A stretch of DNA of 64,000 bases from Candidatus Hadarchaeales archaeon (GTDB taxonomy: Archaea; Hadarchaeota; Hadarchaeia; Hadarchaeales; Hadarchaeaceae), in contig JAVZGN010000001.1 of NCBI GenBank assembly GCA_038872135.1, positions 147-64,146 on the forward strand, in the 5' to 3' direction. Below are positions 8,609-17,093 of this stretch, piece by piece (within the stretch, counting starts at the first letter, position 1; every line of letters starts with the position of its first letter). A program made the position numbers and the translations under genes. The notes under the pieces are model-generated. The model made no database searches, had not been told where the DNA came from, and saw only the letters and a program-made list of their open reading frames with translations.

Positions 8609-9741
8609 TGGAAACAATAGTGATAGGACCATATCACCCGCTCCTTCTTGAACCTGAGGTTTACGAGGTGACGGTTAGAGACGGGAGGATAGTTGACGTT
8701 GCAATTAAACAGGGTTTCGCCCACAGGGGAGCCGAGAAGCTCATGGAGTCGAAGTCTCTAACTCAGGCTCTTTTTGTGGCGGAGAGGATATGTGGGCTCT
8801 GCTCTCAGGCTCATTCCACAGCCTACTGTCAGGCTGTCGAGAGAGTACTCAACCTCGAGATCCCAAAAAGGGCGGATTATATCCGGGCGCTTGTCTTTGA
8901 GCTCGAGCGCATCCACAGCCACTGGATGTGGTTTGCTCTTCTTTTCCACACCATCCACCAGCATGGAATTTTCATGAAGATACTCGATGCAAGGGAGGAG
9001 GTGATGGATCTCCTTGAAGAAATCTGCGGCAACAGGGTTCACTATTCAATCAACACTGTCGGAGGGGTGAGGAGAGATGTGAGCCCCAAGATTTTGAAAA
9101 GAATTGAGGAAGTTGTCGATAGAGCAGAAATTTTTTCCAGCGAGCTCATGAATTCTGTGAAGGAAACATCTCAGAGGCTTTCTGGAATTGGGCTGCTGCC
9201 AAAAGATAAATCCAAGGCCTGGGGGGCAGTGGGCCCAGTGCTGAGGGCATCCGGGATTGCCAGCGACATCAGGAGGGACGACCCATATTCAGTTTATCCC
9301 TCCCTCGATTTCGAGGTGTGTGTGGAAGATGGATGCGATGTTTATTCAAGGGCAATGGTGAGAGCCAGGGAGCTGTTTGAGTGCACCAAGATGATCAAGC
9401 AGATAGTGAAGGAAATCCCCCCTGGAGAAATAAAAGCAGATTTCCCAAAGCCAGTTGTTGGAGAAGATTTCAGCAGGGTCGAGGCCCCCCGGGGCGAGCT
9501 GATCTATTTTGTGAAGTTGAATGGAAGCCACAGGCCTGAGAGGGTAAAGCTGCGTCCCCCAACCTACGTGAACGACCCGGCCCTGAAGGAAATGTTGGTG
9601 GGGGAGAAGCTTTCAGACCTTCCGCCAATTCTAGAAAGCATTGACCGGTGCATCTCTTGCACAAACAGAGTGACGGTGATCGATGAAAAAAGCGGTAGAG
9701 TGAAAAAATTCACGTTTGAGGAGCTGGGGAGGATGGGATAA
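8605..9741 (+). CDS. [NiFe] hydrogenase large subunit, group-4 type (NuoD-like), second copy
   Basis: The N-terminal metal-binding motif RICGLCSQAHSTAYC and the C-terminal motif DRCISCTNR are both retained, so this is a real hydrogenase rather than a Nuo-like relic. The 378-aa product has no membrane partner subunits in its operon. Confidence 0.85.
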   Translation: MMETIVIGPYHPLLLEPEVYEVTVRDGRIVDVAIKQGFAHRGAEKLMESKSLTQALFVAERICGLCSQAHSTAYCQAVERVLNLEIPKRADYIRALVFELERIHSHWMWFALLFHTIHQHGIFMKILDAREEVMDLLEEICGNRVHYSINTVGGVRRDVSPKILKRIEEVVDRAEIFSSELMNSVKETSQRLSGIGLLPKDKSKAWGAVGPVLRASGIASDIRRDDPYSVYPSLDFEVCVEDGCDVYSRAMVRARELFECTKMIKQIVKEIPPGEIKADFPKPVVGEDFSRVEAPRGELIYFVKLNGSHRPERVKLRPPTYVNDPALKEMLVGEKLSDLPPILESIDRCISCTNRVTVIDEKSGRVKKFTFEELGRMG

Positions 9742-10613
9742 TGGAAATATCAGTTTACAGGCTGAATACAGGATCATGCAACGGCTGTGACATAGAGGTG
9801 GCAGCCGTCCTAGCTTCGAGATTTGAGGCTGAGAAAACAGGGGTGAAGGTCGTGGATGACCCTGAGAAGGCAAATGTCCTTGTGCTGACAGGAATTCTGA
9901 ACAGGAAAATGGTTGATGTGTTGAAGGAGGTCTACCACAAGATTAACGAGCCAAAGATCGTCATCGCCGTCGGGACATGTGCAGTTTCCAGCGGCATCTT
10001 CGGTGGCTCTTATGCTGTTGGTGGAACGTCGGATGAAATCATCCCCGTTGCTGCTTACATCCCGGGCTGTGCACCCTCGCCTCAAGAGATAATGGCAGCG
10101 GTCGCAGAGGTCGCGGCCCTCTCGAAAGATGAATTTCTAGCCCCAGAAGGATTCAGGGGTCTTCCAAGGGTCGATGAAGAAAAATGCACGGGCTGCGGGG
10201 CATGTGTCGTCAGCTGCCCCGCCCAGGCGATAGAGATGAAGGATGAGGGAAGAAGAAAAATCATCTATGTGAATGAAAAGTGCATAAGTTGCGGGAAATG
10301 TGAGGAGGTCTGCCCCGACGATGCAGTTAAGCTTGAGGAGAAAAGGCATCCGGCTTCTAGAAAAAGGGAGGGGATGAAAAGGGTTGTGGAGGAGCCGTTT
10401 GCCGTCTGTCCGGTTTGCGGTGGGGCGAGCATCCCAGAAAAGCAGGCAAAAGCCATTCTTGAGAGAGCGCTCTCGAATGCTCCATTGCTGGGGGAATTCA
10501 AAGAAAAGCTGGAGGGATCTGTTAGAATCTGCCAGAGATGTAGGAGGAGTGGAGGCGCGATATCTGAGGCAAAGGCACTCCTTTACAGCATTGCAGCGAA
10601 GGTCGCAGATTAA
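9741..10613 (+). CDS. NuoB-like hydrogenase small subunit fused to a 2x[4Fe-4S] ferredoxin domain and a C-terminal Cys4 motif
   Basis: The NuoB core (CNGCDIEVAA...GTCAVSSGIF...IPGCAPSPQE) is followed by CTGCGACVVSCP and CISCGKCEEVCP, and then by CPVCGG...CQRCRR. Its start overlaps the upstream stop (TAATG). Confidence 0.8.
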   Translation: MEISVYRLNTGSCNGCDIEVAAVLASRFEAEKTGVKVVDDPEKANVLVLTGILNRKMVDVLKEVYHKINEPKIVIAVGTCAVSSGIFGGSYAVGGTSDEIIPVAAYIPGCAPSPQEIMAAVAEVAALSKDEFLAPEGFRGLPRVDEEKCTGCGACVVSCPAQAIEMKDEGRRKIIYVNEKCISCGKCEEVCPDDAVKLEEKRHPASRKREGMKRVVEEPFAVCPVCGGASIPEKQAKAILERALSNAPLLGEFKEKLEGSVRICQRCRRSGGAISEAKALLYSIAAKVAD

Positions 10614-10630
10614 GCGCCAGATTTAAGCCG

Positions 10631-12124
10631 ATGGTTGGGAAGATTCATCTGATGACAGAGCAGCCAAAGATCTCCACAGTTTCTCTCCCAAAACAGATGT
10701 ACTTCTTCGGGCGGGAAGCCGAGATAAATGAGATAGTAGACTTCATGGCATCAGAAACTTGCAGGGTTCTTGTCCTCAAGGGAATTGCAGGAATTGGAAA
10801 GACTGCGTTGATTGCAAAACTGGTAGAAATGTATCGTAGCTCCAAGCACATCCTCTATATCAAGATCTATCCATACACAACTCTGAGAGGGCTCCTCGGG
10901 AGAGTGGCAGAGTTTCTGCAGGAGTTGGGGAGGGAGAATCTCAAGCGATATCTTGAGGGCAGGGAAATAGAGCTGGAGGGGCTTTTCAACGCTTTGCGGA
11001 AAGACCTTGATAGAAGCAATCTCCTCCTCATTCTGGATGATGTCCACTATGCGGTCGAAGAAATCACAAAAATCCTCACTCCTCTTCTAGATGTTTTAGA
11101 TGGCACAGATGCCAAAGTCGTGGTCTCGGGAAGGATGATCCCAAAGTTCTACGATAAGAGAGATACATTGGTGAGGAGAAGGCTGAAGGAGGAGATCCTC
11201 TGGGGGCTTGATGAGGCCGCCGCTGCGCAGCTTCTGAGGCAGAGGGGGATCGATGAAAAGTATATACAGGAAATATACCAAGCGACTGCCGGGCACCCCC
11301 TGATGCTTGAGCTGGTAAAACCCGGAAGCGTTATTGAGGCTGCGGAGTTCATAGAAAAGGAGATCGTTGAATCGCTAACTTTCGAAGAGAAAAAATTTCT
11401 CGAAGCCGCTTCAGTTTTCAGGGCACCTTTCTCCAGGGATGCGATTGAAGGAGACCCAGACACAATGAGAAAGCTTACCGAACGGCTGTTGATCAGGGAG
11501 GTCGATGGCAAATTTGAGGTTCATGAGATGATAAAAAATATATTCTATGGGAAGCTCACCGCTGAAGAGAAGGTGGGATACCACAGAGCGGCGGCAGAGT
11601 TCTATCTCAAACTCGGGACAAGCGAAGCGATAGTCGAGGCGATATACCACCTGATAAAGGGATACAGGCAGCAGCAGGCCGCTTCTATGGCCATAGAGCA
11701 TGGGTTCCGGTTGATCGAGGAGGGATATGGGGATGCGCTGCTTTCAGAGCTTTCAATGATCGAAGAGGCCGAGGTCCCAGATTTCTGGCCATACATAAAA
11801 ATTCTATCAGGGGATATTTACAGCGAAAAGGGGAGATTTGAGGATGCTATCAAAGAGTATGAGACATGCATTGAGTATACGGGGGCCGGGGAGCCGAGGG
11901 GCGGGCGTGAGATGTTCGCATACATGTGGTTTGGGGTTTCAAAGGAGTTGCTGAGGGCAAAGGCCCTGGCATATCTGAGAATAGGAGAGCTGCAGGTGAA
12001 AAGAGGAAAAATCGAAGAGGCGAGGGAGGCATACCAGCAGGCCCTAAAGGTGTTGAGGGAACTGAAATCTCCAGACGCAGATGAGATAGAAAGAAAACTT
12101 CAGGACCTAGAGGTGATGAAGTGA
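10631..12124 (+). CDS. STAND/AAA+-type P-loop NTPase with C-terminal TPR-like repeats
   Basis: The Walker A motif is LKGIAGIGKTALIAKL and the Walker B motif is LLLILDDVH. The C-terminal region has TPR-like helices (AYLRIGELQVKRGKIEEAREAYQQALKVL). No effector domain is present. Confidence 0.55.
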   Translation: MVGKIHLMTEQPKISTVSLPKQMYFFGREAEINEIVDFMASETCRVLVLKGIAGIGKTALIAKLVEMYRSSKHILYIKIYPYTTLRGLLGRVAEFLQELGRENLKRYLEGREIELEGLFNALRKDLDRSNLLLILDDVHYAVEEITKILTPLLDVLDGTDAKVVVSGRMIPKFYDKRDTLVRRRLKEEILWGLDEAAAAQLLRQRGIDEKYIQEIYQATAGHPLMLELVKPGSVIEAAEFIEKEIVESLTFEEKKFLEAASVFRAPFSRDAIEGDPDTMRKLTERLLIREVDGKFEVHEMIKNIFYGKLTAEEKVGYHRAAAEFYLKLGTSEAIVEAIYHLIKGYRQQQAASMAIEHGFRLIEEGYGDALLSELSMIEEAEVPDFWPYIKILSGDIYSEKGRFEDAIKEYETCIEYTGAGEPRGGREMFAYMWFGVSKELLRAKALAYLRIGELQVKRGKIEEAREAYQQALKVLRELKSPDADEIERKLQDLEVMK

Positions 12125-13092
12125 TTGAAAAAGCCTTGAGAGGGACTGTCGAGGTCGTGACGGAAGAGGAGTTGAGAGAACTCCTGAAGGGGAGATTTTC
12201 GGTTTACTGTGGATATGAACCCTCTGGAAAGATTCACTTCGGTCACCTTCTGACGGTGAGGAAGCTCAAGGACTTCCAGGAGATTGGGGGAAGAGTTGTG
12301 GTTTTGCTGGCAGATCTCCACGCCTATCTCAACCACAAGGGAACCTTGGAAGAGATAAGAAGGGTGGCAGAGTACAACAAGCATTGCTTCATCGCTTTGG
12401 GGCTCAATCCGGCAAAGACAGAATTCATTCTCGGGTCTTCGTTTCAGCTGGAGAGAGAGTTTCAGATGGATGTTTTACAGATGGCAACCTTCACAACGCT
12501 ACTAAGAGCTAGGCGTTCGATGGCAGAGATCGCGAGGAAGCTGGAGGACCCAGATGTTGCCCAGGTTCTCTATCCTCTGATGCAGGCTGTGGACATAGCT
12601 CACCTCAAGGTTGATATCGCCGTTGGGGGGATAGACCAGCGAAAGGTTCACATGATTGCGAGGGAGAACCTCCCGAGATTGGGGTATAAGAAGCCCGTTT
12701 GCGTCCACACACCACTTCTCCACGGAATCGATGGAGAGGAGAAGATGTCTTCGAGCAAGGAGAATTTCATTGCTATAGACGATTCACCAGAGGTCATCAG
12801 AAAGAAGATGGCGGAGGCGTTTTGCCCGCCAAAGGAGATAGAGGGAAATCCGGTGGTGGAATATGCCGAGCATCTGGTTTTACCGGAGTTCGGGCGGCTG
12901 GTGGTGGAGAGGCCCGAGAGGTATGGGGGAAGGCTTGAGATCACGAGCGCCCAAGAGCTGCGTGAGCTTTATCGGGAGGGGAAGCTTCACCCGGCCGATC
13001 TCAAAGCGGCAGTAGGGGAAAGTCTTTCAAGAATGTTTGCTCCTGTGAGGGAATATTTCTCAGAGCACCCAGAGGCAGCTCTGGATCGTTGA
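12121..13092 (+). CDS. tyrS: tyrosyl-tRNA synthetase, archaeal type
   Basis: It has the class-I HIGH-like motif (GKIHFGHL) and the KMSKS motif (KMSSS). LLADLHAYLN and DDSPEVIRKKM match archaeal TyrRS closely. It starts with GTG and overlaps the upstream stop. Confidence 0.9.
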   Translation: MIEKALRGTVEVVTEEELRELLKGRFSVYCGYEPSGKIHFGHLLTVRKLKDFQEIGGRVVVLLADLHAYLNHKGTLEEIRRVAEYNKHCFIALGLNPAKTEFILGSSFQLEREFQMDVLQMATFTTLLRARRSMAEIARKLEDPDVAQVLYPLMQAVDIAHLKVDIAVGGIDQRKVHMIARENLPRLGYKKPVCVHTPLLHGIDGEEKMSSSKENFIAIDDSPEVIRKKMAEAFCPPKEIEGNPVVEYAEHLVLPEFGRLVVERPERYGGRLEITSAQELRELYREGKLHPADLKAAVGESLSRMFAPVREYFSEHPEAALDR

Positions 13093-13163
13093 ACTTTTCG
13101 GATTGATGCCCTTGGAAAAATCTCGAGCGATTTCCGAAAATGGTGTAACTTCCTTGCTTCTGA

Positions 13164-13970
13164 TTATCCCTTCAATATCTTCAGCAGTCTCCTCGCATCT
13201 TCTGCCATGTAAATGTTGTTAAACATGCAATAGGTCTCCTTTCCCTTGGTTTTCCTGCATATCTCAGCCACCCGCTTCAGCTCTTCCTCAGAATATCGGT
13301 AGTTGTAGATTGATGGCTTCCCAAAGCCGTGGAGCCTGAAATATACAATTCTCTTCGCCCCGAGGTGGAGCGGAAGATTTCTGAGGGGATCAACCACATG
13401 AACGAGATCCAGTTCCTCGCACAGCTCCTTCACCTTCTCTTGGTGTTCCGGCCAGTCTCCCCGAGGCTCCCAGCCCAAGATGATTCCTTCCCTCTCAATT
13501 TTTGATAGAAACTTTCTCATGTTTCTTTCATTTTCCTCGGTGGCTCTGAAATTTGGCGGGCACTGGATGATACAGATTTTTGCCCCGAGTTCCTTGCAGA
13601 TTTCCATCGTTTTCTCCCAAGCCCAGAAGTTATCTCCAGTGGGTTTCAGCCACCCATACTCCCTTTTCTTCAGCTCTTCGGCGGTCATGCCAGAGCGGCG
13701 CCAAGTTGGGCTAGTCGGAAGGTGGGTAATCGCCTGCCAGGCCTTCATGCAGTAGATGAAACCTTCTGGGGCCTCTTCCCTCCACTTCTTCGCAGTTTCT
13801 GGTTTTGGAAGCCGGTAAAATGTGCTCTGGATTTCAACGGTTCTGAATGTTCTGAAATACTCGGCTTTTCCCACGGCCCACCCGCAGCATCCGACGAAAA
13901 TTTTCACCTCATTTCCTCCCAGCAATTTTTCTGAACAAGTTGATTCTCCTTCTCTGAAGCAGCTCCTCAA
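13164..13970 (-). CDS. DUF72 (YecE-like) family protein
   Basis: It has the DUF72 signatures FVGCCGW and TFYRLPKP. The true start is uncertain because the ORF overlaps the upstream hycI by 62 nt. Confidence 0.5.
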   Translation of the reverse strand: MRSCFREGESTCSEKLLGGNEVKIFVGCCGWAVGKAEYFRTFRTVEIQSTFYRLPKPETAKKWREEAPEGFIYCMKAWQAITHLPTSPTWRRSGMTAEELKKREYGWLKPTGDNFWAWEKTMEICKELGAKICIIQCPPNFRATEENERNMRKFLSKIEREGIILGWEPRGDWPEHQEKVKELCEELDLVHVVDPLRNLPLHLGAKRIVYFRLHGFGKPSIYNYRYSEEELKRVAEICRKTKGKETYCMFNNIYMAEDARRLLKILKG

Positions 13971-14433
13971 AGATAGATGTTACCTTATCCACGGCCTTTG
14001 CGACTTTTGGTCCCATCTCACTCCCAAAAATCGACTGCTCCACCTGTATTCCCAGAAGCAGCACCTTCACGCCCATCTCCTTTTTCAGGTATTCTGAGAT
14101 CATCGATAGGGGAAGAGTGTGAGTGGAGATACTTTTCCAGGTTATACTGTGTGGATCTGCGATTATTACATCTCCAGGTGATCCTCCGAAATCAGCAGCG
14201 TCGATGAATATAAGGTGGGATGGATTCAGCCGCTTTATCTTTCCCGTGATATTTTCAGGAGCCATTCCCCCAAGCAACACAGTGACTCTGTCTCCCATTT
14301 TCTTCTTCAAAATGTTTGCCACAGCGACACCAACCCCGTCGTCCCCCCTCAGCTCGTTTCCCACGCCAACAACAACGATTTTCTTTCCATCTTTTAGAAA
14401 ATCCTTTAGCTCATTGACTATTGCCGTTTTCAT
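13909..14433 (-). CDS. hycI: hydrogenase maturation endopeptidase (HycI/HybD family)
   Basis: The motif VVVGVGNELRGDDGVGVAVANIL is diagnostic for hydrogenase maturation proteases. The product is 174 aa. Confidence 0.8.
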   Translation of the reverse strand: MKTAIVNELKDFLKDGKKIVVVGVGNELRGDDGVGVAVANILKKKMGDRVTVLLGGMAPENITGKIKRLNPSHLIFIDAADFGGSPGDVIIADPHSITWKSISTHTLPLSMISEYLKKEMGVKVLLLGIQVEQSIFGSEMGPKVAKAVDKVTSIFEELLQRRRINLFRKIAGRK

Positions 14434-15155
14434 TTCACCAGCCGTTTGATTATTTTCTCGAGTTCAGCAGCGACAGCGGTTTTCAAAAGTTTTTTGGGTT
14501 CACCGATAGCTTTCTCAACTTCCGCATCGAATGGAAGAACTCCCAGAAATCTCACCCCAAGTTCTTCCGCAAGCTCTTTTGATAGAGGAGGCTCCCCGAT
14601 GCTCATGTTTTCCACAATCCCCTCGATTCTCATCCCGAGGGCCAAGAGACTCAGTGTCATAGTCCTGACGGTGGGAAGAGTGACTTTTGAAGGCGTGGAA
14701 ACAAGAAGAAATCCCGCCCTTCTAATAAACCTCGCAATATCCATAATTCCATCACCTCCTCCCGGTGGCATGTCCACAAGGAGAAAATCAAGGCTTCCCC
14801 ACCTGGTAACCGAAAGGAGCTCGAGGACAGCGTTTGAGACATCATACCCCCTGAGAAAGGATGGATTGCTCCCCACAAATGGAAGGATCGACATCAGCTG
14901 GATTCCTGCCACCCTCTGCGGAAGCAGCCCCCTGTCTTCTCTCACAACAGCTCTGTTTTCTCCAAGTATTGTCGAAAGAGATGGCCCATGGAGATCGAGG
15001 TCCAACAGCCCAACCTTTGCTCCCCTCTTTTTCATGAGGAGAGCTGTGAGAGATGTTACCAAGCTTTTTCCTACACCCCCCTTTCCGCTCCCTATGCATA
15101 GGATTTTTTTCACACCGGAAAGCATTCTTTCAGCAGCGAGAGGTCTTGGATCCAC
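14430..15155 (-). CDS. Mrp/MinD-family P-loop ATPase, probably a Thermococcales-type HypB
   Basis: It has the deviant Walker A motif GSGKGGVGKS. Its position between hypA and hycI matches the Mrp/MinD-type HypB described in Thermococcus. It is 4-nt coupled to hycI. Confidence 0.75.
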   Translation of the reverse strand: MDPRPLAAERMLSGVKKILCIGSGKGGVGKSLVTSLTALLMKKRGAKVGLLDLDLHGPSLSTILGENRAVVREDRGLLPQRVAGIQLMSILPFVGSNPSFLRGYDVSNAVLELLSVTRWGSLDFLLVDMPPGGGDGIMDIARFIRRAGFLLVSTPSKVTLPTVRTMTLSLLALGMRIEGIVENMSIGEPPLSKELAEELGVRFLGVLPFDAEVEKAIGEPKKLLKTAVAAELEKIIKRLVK

Positions 15156-15539
15156 TCATTCCACCTCAATCGATTCTATCCAGACACCCCTTCCGGCCTC
15201 AACCGAGAAATCGGGTGAACCGCAGCTGGGGCAGCGATGATAAGCGTGAATGGCTTCGGGGAGAAAGTGAATTGATTCAGCTCTTCTTCCCCGTGGATGA
15301 TAGTTCCATTCATTTCCGCAGCTTCTACATTTCATCCTTGCCATCTCATGCTTGAGAACAATCTCAGCTCTAGAAGCCGCCGTCTTCTTCGCCAGCTCTC
15401 TTAAAGCAGCTCTAAAAATTTTCTCATCTATCTGCTGGAGCTCCCCCAGAACTACTGTTATTCTCCTAATCGTTTTTCCGCCTTTTATTGCTTGGAGGGA
15501 GGTAGCAATAACTCCCTCCGCCAGAGCCCATTCATGCAT
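15156..15539 (-). CDS. hypA: hydrogenase nickel-incorporation protein HypA
   Basis: The real start is the internal MHEW, so the tracked ORF is over-extended. HypA has the zinc site CRSCG...CPSCG. Confidence 0.85.
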   Translation of the reverse strand: MHEWALAEGVIATSLQAIKGGKTIRRITVVLGELQQIDEKIFRAALRELAKKTAASRAEIVLKHEMARMKCRSCGNEWNYHPRGRRAESIHFLPEAIHAYHRCPSCGSPDFSVEAGRGVWIESIEVE

Positions 15540-15591
15540 ATTTCTCAAATTAACGGGAGTGATAGATAATAAGACTTTCCGCGGTGGGCGT

Positions 15592-15858
15592 CTATCGCGA
15601 ACGCAGGACGGCAATTCCCCAGATGACGAGCACAGGGATTATCATCGCAATTCCAATGCCTAGCGCTTCAAGGCTTGCATCCAGAAACTCTCCGCCCTCG
15701 TACCCCAGCACATGGTCGACCAGAATCATCACGGTGGCTCCCCAGAACATAAGGCTGAGGAATCCCAGCCTGTACTTTGGCTGGGAGAGAAACTTGGCAG
15801 TCGTCGCAATGATAGCAGCAATTAGCGTCGTTATTAACCACATTTTACCTCCTCCCAA
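15592..15858 (-). CDS. small membrane protein of a paralogous pair
   Basis: The 88-aa product has 2-3 TM helices. The motif L..WG..VM.LV.H....E is shared with the adjacent 15845-16249 product. Confidence 0.4.
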   Translation of the reverse strand: MGGGKMWLITTLIAAIIATTAKFLSQPKYRLGFLSLMFWGATVMILVDHVLGYEGGEFLDASLEALGIGIAMIIPVLVIWGIAVLRSR

Positions 15859-16249
15859 GCCTCGCCTCGATGCCAGCTACCCGGGAGAATTTTTCGCCAA
15901 GTTTCAGGTTTATCCCCACCATTGCTCCCCAAAGCGCGACAATGGAAATTGTCATTGGCACGCCAATGCCGAGCATCTCCGGAAGGACTTCTGACAGTCC
16001 TGCAGTCAAGAATGGGGGATAGGGAACGACTTCACCGTGGGCTATGTGCTCGACTGCTAGCATCACAACTCCTCCCCAGAGAAGGGCGTTGAGCCACCCC
16101 AGGCACCAGCGATGAGAAGTTTTTCTACTCAAGAGGGTTGTTATCACCGCAAGAATCCCCGGGACGATAAAGCATGCCATTCTTCTCACCCCCCTGTTGC
16201 CAGTATTACTTTTATGCTTATAAATATTACGATAATTTCCAGCAGCCAT
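15845..16249 (-). CDS. small membrane protein, paralog of 15592-15858
   Basis: It carries the same L.W.LN.LLWGG.VM..VEH..HGE core as its neighbour. The start is probably an internal Met (MACFIVPG). Confidence 0.4.
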   Translation of the reverse strand: MAAGNYRNIYKHKSNTGNRGVRRMACFIVPGILAVITTLLSRKTSHRWCLGWLNALLWGGVVMLAVEHIAHGEVVPYPPFLTAGLSEVLPEMLGIGVPMTISIVALWGAMVGINLKLGEKFSRVAGIEARLGRR

Positions 16250-16299
16250 TCAGGAAATTGGTGAATGACTTTTATCCTTTCAGGCAGATTTTACTCTGT

Positions 16300-16372
16300 G
16301 GCCAGGGTAGTGCAGCGGCTAGCATCCGGGACTGTGGATCCCGTGACCCGGGTTCGAATCCCGGCCCTGGCC
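16300..16372 (+). tRNA. tRNA-His (anticodon GTG) with a genomically encoded G-1
   Basis: It folds as a cloverleaf with an 8-bp acceptor stem (GGCCAGGG/CCCTGGCC), where G-1 pairs with C73. The anticodon loop is CTGTGGA and the T-loop is TTCGAAT. An upstream TTTTATCC TATA-like box and a downstream oligo-T run support independent transcription. Confidence 0.85.
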
Positions 16373-16415
16373 CCTTTCACCGAAGGCAGACTGATATAAG
16401 GCGTAGAAGGCAGAA

Positions 16416-16421
16416 TTTTTT
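16416..16421 (+). terminator. oligo-T archaeal terminator after tRNA-His
   Basis: A run of six T's lies 44 nt downstream of the tRNA 3' end. Confidence 0.4.
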
Positions 16422-16427
16422 GATTGG

Positions 16428-17093
16428 ATGGACAGACCGCATGTAATTCTCAACGCAGCAACAACAGCCGATGGGAAGATAGCGACTGTCGGCGGAGACA
16501 GCAAGATTTCCTGCAGGGAGGATCTCAAGCGCCTTCACAGGCTGAGGTCAAAAGTCGATGCGGTAATGGTAGGAGCGGGAACCGTCATAGCCGATGATCC
16601 AGCTCTAACAGTTAGATTTGTTAAGGGGAAGAACCCGATAAGGGTCGTGGTTGATGGCGAGGGAAGAATTCCTCTTCACGCAAGAATTCTTTCGAAAGAG
16701 GCCCCTACCATAGTTGCGGTTTCTGAGAAGGCTGAGAAAAAGAAGCTTAAGAGATTACGGGAGAAGGGGGCAGAGATCATCGTGATCGGAAAAAATGAAG
16801 TTGATCTCGGAAAATTGCTGGAGACGCTGAAAAGGAAGGGGGTCAAGAAGCTTCTGCTGGAGGGGGGTTCAACCCTCAACTGGAACATGCTGGCGAACGG
16901 CCTCGTGGACGAGATCATCATTTCAATCGCCCCGGTAATCGTTGGTGGTGAGAAGTCCAAGTCTCTCGTCGGCGGAGCAGGATTTGAAAGAGTGGCGGAG
17001 GGCATCAGACTTCGCCTCAGGAAAGTGGAGAGAGTCGGAAGGGATCTCACCCTCTACTACACCGTTGAGGGGAGAGAGTGCTCAGAAAAATAA
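16428..17093 (+). CDS. 2,5-diamino-6-ribosylamino-4(3H)-pyrimidinone 5'-phosphate reductase (RibD C-terminal-domain-like, archaeal riboflavin pathway)
   Basis: It has the RibD/DHFR-like reductase motifs MDRPHVILNAATTADGKIA...SKVDAVMVGAGTV...LLLEGGSTLN. Confidence 0.7.
   Translation: MDRPHVILNAATTADGKIATVGGDSKISCREDLKRLHRLRSKVDAVMVGAGTVIADDPALTVRFVKGKNPIRVVVDGEGRIPLHARILSKEAPTIVAVSEKAEKKKLKRLREKGAEIIVIGKNEVDLGKLLETLKRKGVKKLLLEGGSTLNWNMLANGLVDEIIISIAPVIVGGEKSKSLVGGAGFERVAEGIRLRLRKVERVGRDLTLYYTVEGRECSEK

Noticed and set aside
15540-15614. 25-aa N-terminal extension of HypA (MPSCVRDRRPPRK...)
   Set aside because: HypA proteins begin MHE(W/L). The internal MHEW start at 15539 fits the family.
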